Part shown: positions 36,657-46,055 of the stretch, in pieces
Layout of the letters: the number at the start of each line of letters is the position of its first letter
How positions within the stretch are numbered: the first letter of the stretch is position 1
Assembly: GCA_021537435.1 (NCBI GenBank)
Contig: GCA_021537435.1_3050.1
Strand: one strand, 5' to 3'
DNA from: a phage
DNA: 64,000 nt
Translations under genes and position numbers: made by a program
The notes under the pieces: generated by a model
What the model was told of the DNA's origin: nothing
Seen by the model: only the letters and a program-made list of their open reading frames with translations
The model's database searches: none

Positions 36657-36982
36657 TTAAACCATCCTTTAATACGCTGCCATAAAGTTTTCTGTTGAGC
36701 TTTGTTAACGCCAATTGAGCGAATAACTGGTTGAGATTCCTGAAATTCTTTATAATCAGCAAGGTAAATTTCGTAAGCTGCATCCGTAAAGGAACTTATC
36801 GCTGCCATAAAATTATTGCGAATACCTACTGGAGCATCTTTACTTTCACGAATAATCATGTATTTACCAGTCTTAATCTTTACAATAGTTCCAAGATAAG
36901 CCCCATGGTACCAGATGTCCCACCCCTCTTGAGTGGGTTCTGCACAACGACGAAGTTCATTAACAATTTCTAACTTGTTCAT
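36653..36982 (-). CDS. hypothetical protein (arn.1-4 block)
   Basis: ORF-track 109 aa. Confidence 0.45.
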   Translation of the reverse strand: MNKLEIVNELRRCAEPTQEGWDIWYHGAYLGTIVKIKTGKYMIIRESKDAPVGIRNNFMAAISSFTDAAYEIYLADYKEFQESQPVIRSIGVNKAQQKTLWQRIKGWFK

Positions 36983-36992
36983 TATTTATTCC

Positions 36993-37628
36993 TCACAGTT
37001 CAGATGCTACGGTGATTACTGCTTCAATGTTTTCTGCCGAGCGTTTAATGTCAAGATACACATTACCGTTTTTAGCGATTTTACATGACATTCCGATATC
37101 AGTAAATTTCTGAATATGGTGTTCCATCATTTTGTATCCAAAAATTCGCATATTTCCATTGTTGTTAATTTCAAAATTGCGAATTCCGTGAGTGCGTTTT
37201 TCTAAAATAGCGAGATAGTTACTACGATAAGTTTCAACCTTTTTAAGAACAAATCCATTTTCATCTAAAAGTTTTAACATGAAGTCTTTATCTTCTTCCA
37301 TATCAGAAGTAATCTCGCGAGCTTTACGAGTTGCTCGTTTTTTCAGCAGTTCAGGAGCATTTTCCTGTGCATATAAAGTTGCCGCATTTGAAATAATATC
37401 CTGAGCTTCACCAGTAATGATTAATCCATCACCAGATTTCTCCACCAGGCCTTTTTTAATCAATACCCCAATATTACTATTAACTACTGCGTTACCTAAA
37501 TCTGGATGCACCTCACGAACTTCTGCAGCTGTAATGAAATCTTTCTTAGCAATGGTAATTAAAATCGCAGCAGTTTTTTCATTCAGAACATCGTTAGAAG
37601 CTTTGATGATGTAAGTTACTTTAGACAT
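36993..37628 (-). CDS. motA: middle transcription activator MotA
   Basis: 211 aa; strong early promoter upstream. Confidence 0.9.
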   Translation of the reverse strand: MSKVTYIIKASNDVLNEKTAAILITIAKKDFITAAEVREVHPDLGNAVVNSNIGVLIKKGLVEKSGDGLIITGEAQDIISNAATLYAQENAPELLKKRATRKAREITSDMEEDKDFMLKLLDENGFVLKKVETYRSNYLAILEKRTHGIRNFEINNNGNMRIFGYKMMEHHIQKFTDIGMSCKIAKNGNVYLDIKRSAENIEAVITVASEL

Positions 37629-37664
37629 TTTCTAATCTCCGTAATTCTGTATCAGTAGTTGATA

Positions 37665-37698
37665 GTTGTATAGTACCACAGTATGCTTTGGTTGTAAA
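37665..37698 (-). promoter_or_regulatory. T4-type early promoter for motA
   Basis: Minus strand GTTTACA, 17 nt, TGGTACTAT; A/T-rich tract upstream. Confidence 0.6.
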
Positions 37699-37718
37699 CC
37701 GTTTTGTGAAAAAATTTT

Positions 37719-37750
37719 TGAAATAAAAAAGGGAGAGCCGAGGCTCTCCC
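37719..37750 (-). terminator. intrinsic terminator
   Basis: Minus strand GGGAGAGCC-UC-GGCUCUCCC hairpin followed by UUUUUUAUUU. Confidence 0.7.
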
Positions 37751-37755
37751 TAAAA

Positions 37756-37905
37756 TTACTGCATGACTGTGATAACTGTCATGATAACACGTTGAATTCC
37801 GAACGCAAGAAGACCTCCTGCTATGGCAGGAACAACACCTAAACCCGCCAGTAAAATGCTACCAGATACTAATGCCGCGCTTGTAATACCAATGAATGGA
37901 CTCAT
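37756..37905 (-). CDS. small hydrophobic membrane protein (motA.1-like)
   Basis: 49 aa (below ORF-track cutoff); ATG overlaps gene 52 stop as ATGA. Confidence 0.4.
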   Translation of the reverse strand: MSPFIGITSAALVSGSILLAGLGVVPAIAGGLLAFGIQRVIMTVITVMQ

Positions 37906-39230
37906 TTGATTTCCTCTAAATCTTTAGTGTATTCTGTAACTACATCAGTAGTTTTCCAATATTCGTTTTCTTCTTTTTTAGCTTTAGCTTCTTCAGCAAG
38001 TTTCTTTGCTTCATCGGAAGTCATATGAAAAATATTCATTCCAACTAGTTTATCAACATAAGAAGAATACATATCAATTTTAGAAAGTTCTTCGGTCAGT
38101 TCTTTGCGAGTTTTACCTTGTATAACAATTTCACCTGAAATTACTTTCTTAATGAAATGCGCCTTGGCAAAGGCTAAACGAAATGCTGATTCAGTTTCTT
38201 TGATTTTGTTATCAATTCGTTTTTGGACATAAGTTTTACGAACTTCAACGAAGTCTTTAATTAAATCAACTACGTTATCGTAAACTTGCAGCTTTCCTTT
38301 CTCATTAATGACTGTAATATTCTGAGAACGACGCTCAATCAACCCGAAGTCTTTCATGATTTTTGCATGGCGTTCTTCTTCGTTATCACTCAAAGAGTAT
38401 TCTTTGCGGAATTTAACTTTAAAGCCAAAACCATGCTCACCACAAGCATCATCCCATGTAATGAAGCCTTTATCTTCAAGCGGGTCTAAGATTTTACTCA
38501 CATAAGTTTCACGATCATACTTATACGGAATCTCAGTGATATTCATTTGAGTTCGTGAAGTAAACTTGTACGTTCCACGAATTTCATATTGACCGTCAAT
38601 TTCAACGACTTCACCACGAAATTCTGGGAATTCTACCTTCGGTTTAGTTACTTTCTTTCCTTGAAGAGCTTGCAATACAGCTTTCTTGACAGAAGAAACA
38701 CTATGAGGAAGAATGTAAGTTGCATAACCAGTTGCAATACCGGAAACACCATTAAGAAGAACAGTAGGAATAATAGGCAAATAGAAAGCAGGAGGAATGT
38801 GTTCTTTATCTTGATGTACCGGAGCATATTCAGTATCTTTATATACGTTATAGAAATTTTTACTTACACGAGCAAAAATATAACGACTTGCTGCTGCTTT
38901 TTGAACAGTACGAGAACCAAAGTTTCCTTGACCATCTAACAAAGGAAAGTTATTATTCCAAGTGTTAGCCATCAAAGCCCCCGCATCTTGCGCAGAGTTT
39001 TCACCATGATGATATCCAAGGTCTGCTACACCACCTGCAATAGAAGCGAGTTTGTGAAACTTATCTTTATTTCCACGTGCCAAATCGAGAGCTCGAGCAA
39101 TAACAAATCGTTGAACTGGCTTAAATCCATCAATCATATTTGGGATAGCACGATTTTCAACCGTGTACATAGCATAAGCCAATGCTTCATTATCAATGAT
39201 ACTTTTTAAATCGCGATTATTCAGTTGCAT
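37902..39230 (-). CDS. 52: topoisomerase II medium subunit gp52 (GyrA-like)
   Basis: 442 aa. Confidence 0.9.
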   Translation of the reverse strand: MQLNNRDLKSIIDNEALAYAMYTVENRAIPNMIDGFKPVQRFVIARALDLARGNKDKFHKLASIAGGVADLGYHHGENSAQDAGALMANTWNNNFPLLDGQGNFGSRTVQKAAASRYIFARVSKNFYNVYKDTEYAPVHQDKEHIPPAFYLPIIPTVLLNGVSGIATGYATYILPHSVSSVKKAVLQALQGKKVTKPKVEFPEFRGEVVEIDGQYEIRGTYKFTSRTQMNITEIPYKYDRETYVSKILDPLEDKGFITWDDACGEHGFGFKVKFRKEYSLSDNEEERHAKIMKDFGLIERRSQNITVINEKGKLQVYDNVVDLIKDFVEVRKTYVQKRIDNKIKETESAFRLAFAKAHFIKKVISGEIVIQGKTRKELTEELSKIDMYSSYVDKLVGMNIFHMTSDEAKKLAEEAKAKKEENEYWKTTDVVTEYTKDLEEIK

Positions 39231-39234
39231 AAAT

Positions 39235-39375
39235 TTACCATACTAGTGAATGTAGTGCCATAATAACATCAGAAATGAAAAGCACGACTTGAATTAATCC
39301 GAACATTACTCCATAATATAGTGCTACCAATAAAGTAGCAAGGGCTAATGAATAGCCCAAGATTTTCTTAATCAT
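39235..39375 (-). CDS. small hydrophobic membrane protein (52.1-like)
   Basis: 46 aa MIKKILGYSLALATLLVALYYGVMF...; hand-translated. Confidence 0.35.
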   Translation of the reverse strand: MIKKILGYSLALATLLVALYYGVMFGLIQVVLFISDVIMALHSLVW

Positions 39376-39526
39376 TAGTAGATAACAACACAAATGTTAA
39401 ATATGCACACATACCCTGAGCTAAAGCTTGTGAAAACACGCTGCTGGCATCGATACAGATAGTTAAAACACATGCTACTATCCAACAAATAAATGAAATA
39501 ACTCCTAATAATTTTGCAATATTCAT
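39368..39526 (-). CDS. small hydrophobic membrane protein (ac-like position)
   Basis: 52 aa MNIAKLLGVISFICWIVACVL...; hand-translated. Confidence 0.35.
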   Translation of the reverse strand: MNIAKLLGVISFICWIVACVLTICIDASSVFSQALAQGMCAYLTFVLLSTND

Positions 39527-39533
39527 ATTTTCC

Positions 39534-39614
39534 TCACTGGCGTCCGAAGACGCCTTTAGTTTTAAGATTATTACGATAGAACTGCATCACATGTTCGTTA
39601 TGGAAATTGCTCAT
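39534..39614 (-). CDS. stp: Stp peptide (anti-restriction, PrrC activator)
   Basis: 26 aa [26 protein letters not shown]; start overlaps ndd stop. Confidence 0.65.
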
Positions 39615-40069
39615 TAATATGCCTGCAAAACAAATTTAAAATTATCAGCCAACATACGATTCATTTCTTCAAGTGTTTGATACTCAGAATGATGATTACG
39701 GGTAAACGCTAAAGCTAACTGACCTTTTCCAAATCCCGTCGTCAGAGGTTTCATCTTAGAAGCAGGTAGATAAAATACCGTGTATGGAACATTGTTATTT
39801 GCAATAGTACGCGCAAGCTGAGATCGACATTGGCGAATATGACTTAGAACTGCACTGAATCCTTGCTTAGAGCGCTGATTACCTACATAAAATCGTGCAG
39901 ATACACACGGACTATCAAATGGACCACCAAATTTGCTCACTAAAAAGTAAAATCCAGGGTTAGACAAAATGTCTTTATGCGGAGTTCCAAAAACCCATTC
40001 ACCACCCTTGATTGTACCAATAACAGTAGCACCTGCATTATTCAGATCAGTAACAGTCATGTATTTCAT
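39614..40069 (-). CDS. ndd: nucleoid disruption protein Ndd
   Basis: 151 aa. Confidence 0.8.
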
Positions 40070-40128
40070 GTTAATTTCCTCTAATTATTTTCTACTCCAA
40101 GGCCGCATGAATACATACGGCCGATAAA

Positions 40129-40344
40129 TTAATCGTCGCAGTCGACGCTCAATTCCCAGAATTCTTCTACGGTGTAAGTTTCAGTATCATTTTCAATACA
40201 GAAACGTTCATTACTGTTATTTGCTAAAGTAGCGTTAACTGTCATTTTCTCGCTGGTGCTCTTAAGAGGCGAAATACGAATTAACTGATCACCATTATCT
40301 AAACAGAAAATTTCACCAACTTTTACATCTTTAAAAATTTTCAT
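40129..40344 (-). CDS. hypothetical protein (ndd.x block)
   Basis: ORF-track 71 aa. Confidence 0.45.
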   Translation of the reverse strand: MKIFKDVKVGEIFCLDNGDQLIRISPLKSTSEKMTVNATLANNSNERFCIENDTETYTVEEFWELSVDCDD

Positions 40345-40459
40345 AATTCACCTCAGGGAGTATAAAATCCAAATGCAGTTGTTGACCATCCCATCCAATA
40401 CGGAAAATTTGCGCCAATGTAAAACATGAGAATATAAAACCAACCACTCAGCAAATTTA

Positions 40460-40678
40460 TCATTTTACACCATTCCAAATTGTTTCAACCGCAGATTTTA
40501 AGCCATTTTGATGAATGTCCATTCCGACAACTACCATCAAATAAATTCCAACTACAACTGAACCTAAGGCAAAAATCAGCATGAAAATGAATAAAGCCGG
40601 AAAAATATTATCGAAAAACCATTCAATAAATGTAAAAGCACTGCGTTTACGCTTCATGTTTTCCTCACATAAATCCAA
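40460..40678 (-). CDS. small membrane protein
   Basis: 72 aa, hydrophobic core. Confidence 0.4.
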   Translation of the reverse strand: MDLCEENMKRKRSAFTFIEWFFDNIFPALFIFMLIFALGSVVVGIYLMVVVGMDIHQNGLKSAVETIWNGVK

Positions 40679-40780
40679 AGTAAGCGTTTAATACATCAAT
40701 CATTAAAACGATTGGGAATATACTCAAAACTATTAGTATTATAACTACATTCCATATAGCTTTAACAATCTTTTTCATTT
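40665..40780 (-). CDS. small membrane protein (start trimmed)
   Basis: 37 aa from ATG with GGAGG SD; ORF-track extension overlaps the early promoter. Confidence 0.35.
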
Positions 40781-40803
40781 TCTGTTCCTCCGTAGTTGAT
40801 AGG

Positions 40804-40836
40804 GTAATAGTACCACAGAGGAACCGTCTTGTAAAC
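40804..40836 (-). promoter_or_regulatory. T4-type early promoter
   Basis: Minus strand GTTTACA, 17 nt, TGGTACTAT. Confidence 0.55.
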
Positions 40837-41020
40837 AACTTTTTAAAAATATTCGTAATAAATGTGAATACCAATCACCACTGCCGAAACTTGCGCAACC
40901 CACCATGCACAAGCAATAAGTACAGAATTCAAAATTTTCATAATAACCTCATTACAAAAGTAAATGTTAAACAAATTAATGGAATACTAATTAACCAAAC
41001 GAAACACCACCATAATGAAC

Positions 41021-41293
41021 TCATAGTTCAATCTCAGCGATTTTCATTTCATTACTATTAATAGCCGCTTTAAGACTATCTGAAAGAATTACATTCCAGT
41101 GGTCATTCATATGACCATTAACTAAGCGTGTAATTTCTTCGGGAGTTGAAAAATAAGGCGTATCAGACTCCCAATGCGATAATCCCAAGCGAGTATAAAT
41201 CATACCTTCATCATCGCTAGAATATTCAACTGACACAAACTCATCAGTTATTTTATGTTTAGCGTAATAAAATTTAAATTTCATTTTACTCAA
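41021..41293 (-). CDS. hypothetical protein
   Basis: ORF-track 90 aa. Confidence 0.45.
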   Translation of the reverse strand: MSKMKFKFYYAKHKITDEFVSVEYSSDDEGMIYTRLGLSHWESDTPYFSTPEEITRLVNGHMNDHWNVILSDSLKAAINSNEMKIAEIEL

Positions 41294-41508
41294 TAATCCG
41301 CTAAAAGATCGACGATTGCATCACGAAGACACTTATTCGCAATACGTTTAAGAGCAATTTCAGTTTCTGGAGCATTTTGAATAATCATTGAATTCAATTC
41401 AGCCTCAGCAAACTGAAGTTCTTTAACTAATTCAGCTTTATATTTTCCTTGCCCTTTCTTAGCTTTTGCTCGTTTTAATTCAGCTGTAGTAAACATTTTA
41501 TTCTCCAA
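41290..41508 (-). CDS. hypothetical protein
   Basis: ORF-track 72 aa; early promoter upstream. Confidence 0.45.
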   Translation of the reverse strand: MENKMFTTAELKRAKAKKGQGKYKAELVKELQFAEAELNSMIIQNAPETEIALKRIANKCLRDAIVDLLADY

Positions 41509-41527
41509 ATCCGTATCAGTTGATAGT

Positions 41528-41560
41528 TGTATAGTACCACAGTCCTTGTGGTATGTAAAC
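41528..41560 (-). promoter_or_regulatory. T4-type early promoter
   Basis: Minus strand GTTTACA, 17 nt, TGGTACTAT. Confidence 0.55.
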
Positions 41561-41577
41561 CGTTTTGTGAAAAATTT

Positions 41578-42135
41578 TTAAATGGAAAGATACCATCCGT
41601 TGTAGTTGCTTTTTCTTACAACCTTACGAAGGTCTTCTCTATCACCGATGAACTTCGGAGTGTACTGGATGACACCTGGGTGAATTTCTTTAGTGTTGAA
41701 TATAATTATACAGTCAGCGACCTGATGATTCAGAATAGGCCCTAGATTTATTCCAGAACCATATGGATACTCTCCGCTGCATCCTGTTGTTACAGAAATC
41801 CAACGTGAGTCAGTTTGATGTGTCTTAACTTCTACACGAAGCCCGCAGTATCTTGGATGCGCCAATACATCCCATGCGTATGTATACGGGTCATTAACAT
41901 CCTCTTGGCCTTTGTTAACATACCCGCTTAGCCAATCTGCTACAAAAAACTCTGCGTACACCGCGATACGACATCTTTCGATAACTTCTGCTTTATCCTG
42001 GTTCGGGTTTTGTTTTAAAGAGTATCTTGCTGTATCAGCAATTTTGACCTTCATTTCACTAGTCAAGTCACTGTTCGATAGGGTAAATGTCGGAATCTGA
42101 AATAGTCTCTGTAAACCTGGATTCGTTTTCTGCAT
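41578..42135 (-). CDS. denB: endonuclease IV
   Basis: 185 aa. Confidence 0.8.
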   Translation of the reverse strand: MQKTNPGLQRLFQIPTFTLSNSDLTSEMKVKIADTARYSLKQNPNQDKAEVIERCRIAVYAEFFVADWLSGYVNKGQEDVNDPYTYAWDVLAHPRYCGLRVEVKTHQTDSRWISVTTGCSGEYPYGSGINLGPILNHQVADCIIIFNTKEIHPGVIQYTPKFIGDREDLRKVVRKSNYNGWYLSI

Positions 42136-42397
42136 TTAGACTTTCCTTTTTACCACTAAAATAAGCGTTATGTACTTTAAGAGTGCCGTAATAAATTCGA
42201 TCATTTTCATGTAAAGACTCACGGTCAAGTTCATCGAGTTTCTTTTTATCCATGACTATAACATCATTACAATAAAGAAACCCAAGTTTTTCGTGACCAA
42301 ACTCAAATTTATTGCAGTACACAATATTAGCGTGATGATTTCCGTGCAGTTTAATCTCTTTTATGTCGGAATCACCGATATTCATACAATAAATCAT
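42068..42397 (-). CDS. hypothetical protein
   Basis: ORF-track 109 aa; overlaps denB start, true start may be internal. Confidence 0.4.
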   Translation of the reverse strand: MIYCMNIGDSDIKEIKLHGNHHANIVYCNKFEFGHEKLGFLYCNDVIVMDKKKLDELDRESLHENDRIYYGTLKVHNAYFSGKKESLNAENESRFTETISDSDIYPIEQ

Positions 42398-42404
42398 AAT
42401 TTTT

Positions 42405-42433
42405 CCTTAAAACAAAAGGGCCGAAGCCCCTTA
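42405..42433 (-). terminator. intrinsic terminator candidate
   Basis: Minus strand AAGGGGC-UUCG-GCCCUU followed by a U-rich tract. Confidence 0.5.
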
Positions 42434-42435
42434 TT

Positions 42436-42630
42436 TTATTTAAATTGTGCAATTCTTTTCTCTAAACAATCTGCGTAAGATTTCATTGAGATAAATTGTG
42501 AAAGCAACAGTTCTTGCTCAACTTCATTAATCGTTAGAAACTTTGTGCTTTCTAAAAATTTGCTCAGTGCATTAATTTTGAGCATTAATTGATCGTATTC
42601 TTCTTTTACTCGTGCTTGATAACCTAACAT
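42436..42630 (-). CDS. hypothetical protein
   Basis: ORF-track 64 aa. Confidence 0.45.
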   Translation of the reverse strand: MLGYQARVKEEYDQLMLKINALSKFLESTKFLTINEVEQELLLSQFISMKSYADCLEKRIAQFK

Positions 42631-42658
42631 AATTTTCCTTAGTTAAGGGCCGAAGCCC

Positions 42659-43597
42659 TTATTTAAATTGTTCAGTAACGTCTTCAACTACTTCGTATTG
42701 ACAGGTACGCATTTTAGCATCGTTGTAATCAATCGGAATTGATACTACATCGCGAGGATGCACTTTAACTTTTACAACTCGGCTGGTTGAACTGCCAAAG
42801 TGACGAATATAAGATTTAGAACACACATGCAGACCACGAGAACAAGTTTGTGTATCATCGTCATTCACGCGAGTACGTGGCATTTTAACTACTTTACCAG
42901 GACTATTATCAAAGGTATTTGAGTGACAGTCAAAGTAATTGCTGCGAACTACTTTCCAAGCATAGAAGTAACCATCTTCTGTAATTTCAATATCGTTTGC
43001 TACCAAGAAATCAAAGAGTCGAGATACCGCTTTTTGGCTCGGGTTTTCCAACAGATTTTCCAAGAACGGAAAATAAAATTCAAAGTTTTCGCCTTTTTCC
43101 ATCGAATCGAGAATACGATCAACTAAACCAGACCGCAATTCAATATTTTGATAGAACAAGCTTCCACCTTCAATTCGAACATCACCGGAAATATATTTTT
43201 CAACAGCGCGGCGAACATTAATTTTTTGTGCCGCTTCTTCCAATTTATCTGCAACAAGCAGATTAAGAATTTCCTGGAAGTTTGAATGAGTATTAGGAGT
43301 TGCGTTATAAGTTACACCGTCAACAGTAATTGAAATGAATTTTTTAGATGCATTCCAAATAATGTCAGATTTAGCAACTGGAGCGATAGCTGTATCGCTA
43401 TTAACTTTAACCGTAATGTCACCGCTAATGGTAACTTTGGGGCGCTCAGCTTCTTCAGCATTTTTCAAAACACGACGGATTGTGTCAACCGATACACCTT
43501 GCCAATCAGCCAATTCCTGCTGGGTGTAATTACCACTTGAATACAGTTTGACAATTTCAGCTTGTTCGTTTTTGGTCAGGCATTTAATATTGTACAT
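42659..43597 (-). CDS. rIIB: rIIB
   Basis: 312 aa. Confidence 0.9.
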   Translation of the reverse strand: MYNIKCLTKNEQAEIVKLYSSGNYTQQELADWQGVSVDTIRRVLKNAEEAERPKVTISGDITVKVNSDTAIAPVAKSDIIWNASKKFISITVDGVTYNATPNTHSNFQEILNLLVADKLEEAAQKINVRRAVEKYISGDVRIEGGSLFYQNIELRSGLVDRILDSMEKGENFEFYFPFLENLLENPSQKAVSRLFDFLVANDIEITEDGYFYAWKVVRSNYFDCHSNTFDNSPGKVVKMPRTRVNDDDTQTCSRGLHVCSKSYIRHFGSSTSRVVKVKVHPRDVVSIPIDYNDAKMRTCQYEVVEDVTEQFK

Positions 43598-43608
43598 AAT
43601 TTTCCTTA

Positions 43609-45786
43609 TTAGGCCGCAAGGGCCTTCATAGTTTTAGCGATTTGTGAAACTTCATCATCACTTAAAGAGTTGCGATAACCGATGAAGTCGGAAACAATAC
43701 GGAATTTCTTAGTAAACTCAGTAACCATTTTATCACTGTTTTTTGAAGCATTGTTTGATAATACATCAAAAAGATTAGTTACTGTCCAGATGTCATGACC
43801 GATGGTATCTTTTCCACCGTTGAAATATACACCCTGTAATGAACTAACCATATTAGCGAGTCGTGTATATTCTTCAGAAACTTCATCTACGCTGAAGTAC
43901 TTCATCATAAAATCTAACTCAGGATACTTAATAATTTTATCAATATATCGTTTAGCTGAACTTGAATAACCTACATACTTATCATAATCTACAGCATCAA
44001 AAGCATCTACATATAAATCACGTAGAGTTTCAAAAATACATTGACACTGACCGAGTTCTTTTACCTTTTTCTGCAAAAGCGGACGAATAACATAAAATTC
44101 ATTAATGCCAATAAGATTAGCCATACGAGTCAAAATACTCGTAGATGGATGACAAAGCGATGTAGTACCATCCATAGAGAAAATATCAGAACGATGCATG
44201 TATGCTACATAACCAGTAATTTCATCTGCTTCTGATGTTAGCGTAAATAGTTCCTCTTTTTCCCAGCGCCCGTCTTTAATTTCAAACTTAAATGCAGTAG
44301 CAGCTTTAGGGCGAGGAGCTGTACTTTTTACTGCCTTTGGAATATAACTTTTAACTAAAGCTTCAATTTCTGACAAATAATGAATGTTAACTTCATCACT
44401 TTCAAACATTGCCATAATATCAGGAAGCAAATCAATCTGTGATTCTACTTCCGGATTAATAAACAGAAGCCGCTCATTGTGATGAATATTCAAAGTGTTA
44501 TTAAATTCACTATCATCTAACGCGCGTGCTAATCCACGGACAATATTAACGCGATTTTTAATATTATCAATAACAATATTAATTTTTGTCGTATTAATAC
44601 CAAACAGACGATAACTTGATGCAACGGCTGAAGTTTCATGACTTTGCTTAATGCGTTTCAGTCGAGGGTCAAGATTTACTTCATACACAACCCCTGCATT
44701 GCATAACTTACTGTCAGGTTCAAACATGCTCTGCATCTTTTTATATGACAGATTTTTAGTCGTGAATTTGACTGAATTGCTAATCATATAATCTCGAGCA
44801 GAATATCCCATCTTCATCAATTCACGGTATGTATGACGAGGAGATGTAGATTCTTTAAATCGTTTTACATCTTCATTAAATGCTTTCTCACTGAGTTCTT
44901 TAACTCGTTCAATAATATTTTTACGAGTACGATCATCCAGTGAAAGAGCCTCACGAGATGGAGCAATATCAAGTGAACCCATTGGAAACTTAATGTAATT
45001 CACTTCATTGCGAATGCTTAGCCAGTTACGGTCTCTAATAACACCATCGATAGGATAAACAATACCGCCATAGATAGCATATAATCCACCACGATCTGGC
45101 CAGTATCTTTCTGGATTTACACCGTAATAGTCATCAAAATCCGGAAAATAATCAATTTCGCGGTCAAGACCATTAATGATAGCCAAATCTTTGAACGGTC
45201 GCATGATATAAGAAACTTCATAAGCAAAGTTTCTAAAGTCTTTTTCTTCAACTGGAACTACGATTTCAATACCAGTTTTATCATCTGGACCCATTTCTTT
45301 TACGAATGTAGGTTTAATCTGTGGGCCATCACCATCCATGTAAGCTACATAACCACGAATTTCACCTTTATGATACGAAGTAATACTAAACGTATCAGTA
45401 TAACTAAACGGAGATTTAGAACCTAATCCAAATCCGCCAATAAAGTCATTAGATTCGGCTTTAGATGAACTGAAGTATGAATTATACAACCCAGGAGAAT
45501 TATCATCACCCTGAATATCAAAATCACTCATACCCGGACCAAAATCTCGACAAACAAATCGTGGATCTAAACGTCCAGGAACTTGAATGATAAATTTTTC
45601 AGGATTTCCATTGAGAGCATGAGCATCAATCATGTTAGTAATCAATTCACGGACTACTGCGCGAATCTTGTTTGTATACAAATCAGATGACAGAATTTTA
45701 AATACTTTAGGATTTGCTGCGATGCTAAATGCTTTTGATTTAGAACCATTACCAAGAATTGTTTCTTTTTCAGTGGTGATAATCAT
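43609..45786 (-). CDS. rIIA: rIIA
   Basis: 725 aa, GHKL-type ATPase-like N-terminus. Confidence 0.9.
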   Translation of the reverse strand: MIITTEKETILGNGSKSKAFSIAANPKVFKILSSDLYTNKIRAVVRELITNMIDAHALNGNPEKFIIQVPGRLDPRFVCRDFGPGMSDFDIQGDDNSPGLYNSYFSSSKAESNDFIGGFGLGSKSPFSYTDTFSITSYHKGEIRGYVAYMDGDGPQIKPTFVKEMGPDDKTGIEIVVPVEEKDFRNFAYEVSYIMRPFKDLAIINGLDREIDYFPDFDDYYGVNPERYWPDRGGLYAIYGGIVYPIDGVIRDRNWLSIRNEVNYIKFPMGSLDIAPSREALSLDDRTRKNIIERVKELSEKAFNEDVKRFKESTSPRHTYRELMKMGYSARDYMISNSVKFTTKNLSYKKMQSMFEPDSKLCNAGVVYEVNLDPRLKRIKQSHETSAVASSYRLFGINTTKINIVIDNIKNRVNIVRGLARALDDSEFNNTLNIHHNERLLFINPEVESQIDLLPDIMAMFESDEVNIHYLSEIEALVKSYIPKAVKSTAPRPKAATAFKFEIKDGRWEKEELFTLTSEADEITGYVAYMHRSDIFSMDGTTSLCHPSTSILTRMANLIGINEFYVIRPLLQKKVKELGQCQCIFETLRDLYVDAFDAVDYDKYVGYSSSAKRYIDKIIKYPELDFMMKYFSVDEVSEEYTRLANMVSSLQGVYFNGGKDTIGHDIWTVTNLFDVLSNNASKNSDKMVTEFTKKFRIVSDFIGYRNSLSDDEVSQIAKTMKALAA

Positions 45787-45796
45787 AATTTCCTCA

Positions 45797-46000
45797 TTAA
45801 TTCATATTACGCTTAATAACTTCAGCAACTTCTAGTAGTTCATCTTTAGTTGCAGTGTCGGATTGAATTTTATCTCTAATATCTTTAAAGCGGTTTTTAA
45901 ATTCTTCGGCTTCTCCCATATCGAAAAAGCGTTGAATGATTCTATATTCTCGATGAACTGCTTTATCAAAAAGTTCTAAATTTACTTTATATGATTTCAT
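45797..46000 (-). CDS. hypothetical protein (rIIA.1-like)
   Basis: ORF-track 67 aa. Confidence 0.5.
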   Translation of the reverse strand: MKSYKVNLELFDKAVHREYRIIQRFFDMGEAEEFKNRFKDIRDKIQSDTATKDELLEVAEVIKRNMN

Positions 46001-46022
46001 TTCAATATCCTCATTTGCCCAA

Positions 46023-46055
46023 TTAATTATACCACATCCTTGTGGTAAAGTAAAC
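46023..46055 (-). promoter_or_regulatory. T4-type early promoter for rIIA.1/rIIA
   Basis: Minus strand GTTTACT, 17 nt, TGGTATAAT. Confidence 0.55.

Noticed and set aside
42645-42660. AAGGGC-CGAA-GCCCTT hairpin at the rIIB stop, and GGCC-GAA-GGCC hairpin at 47926..47940
   Set aside because: Stable tetraloop hairpins but without a downstream U-tract on the coding strand; more likely RNA stability or processing elements than terminators.
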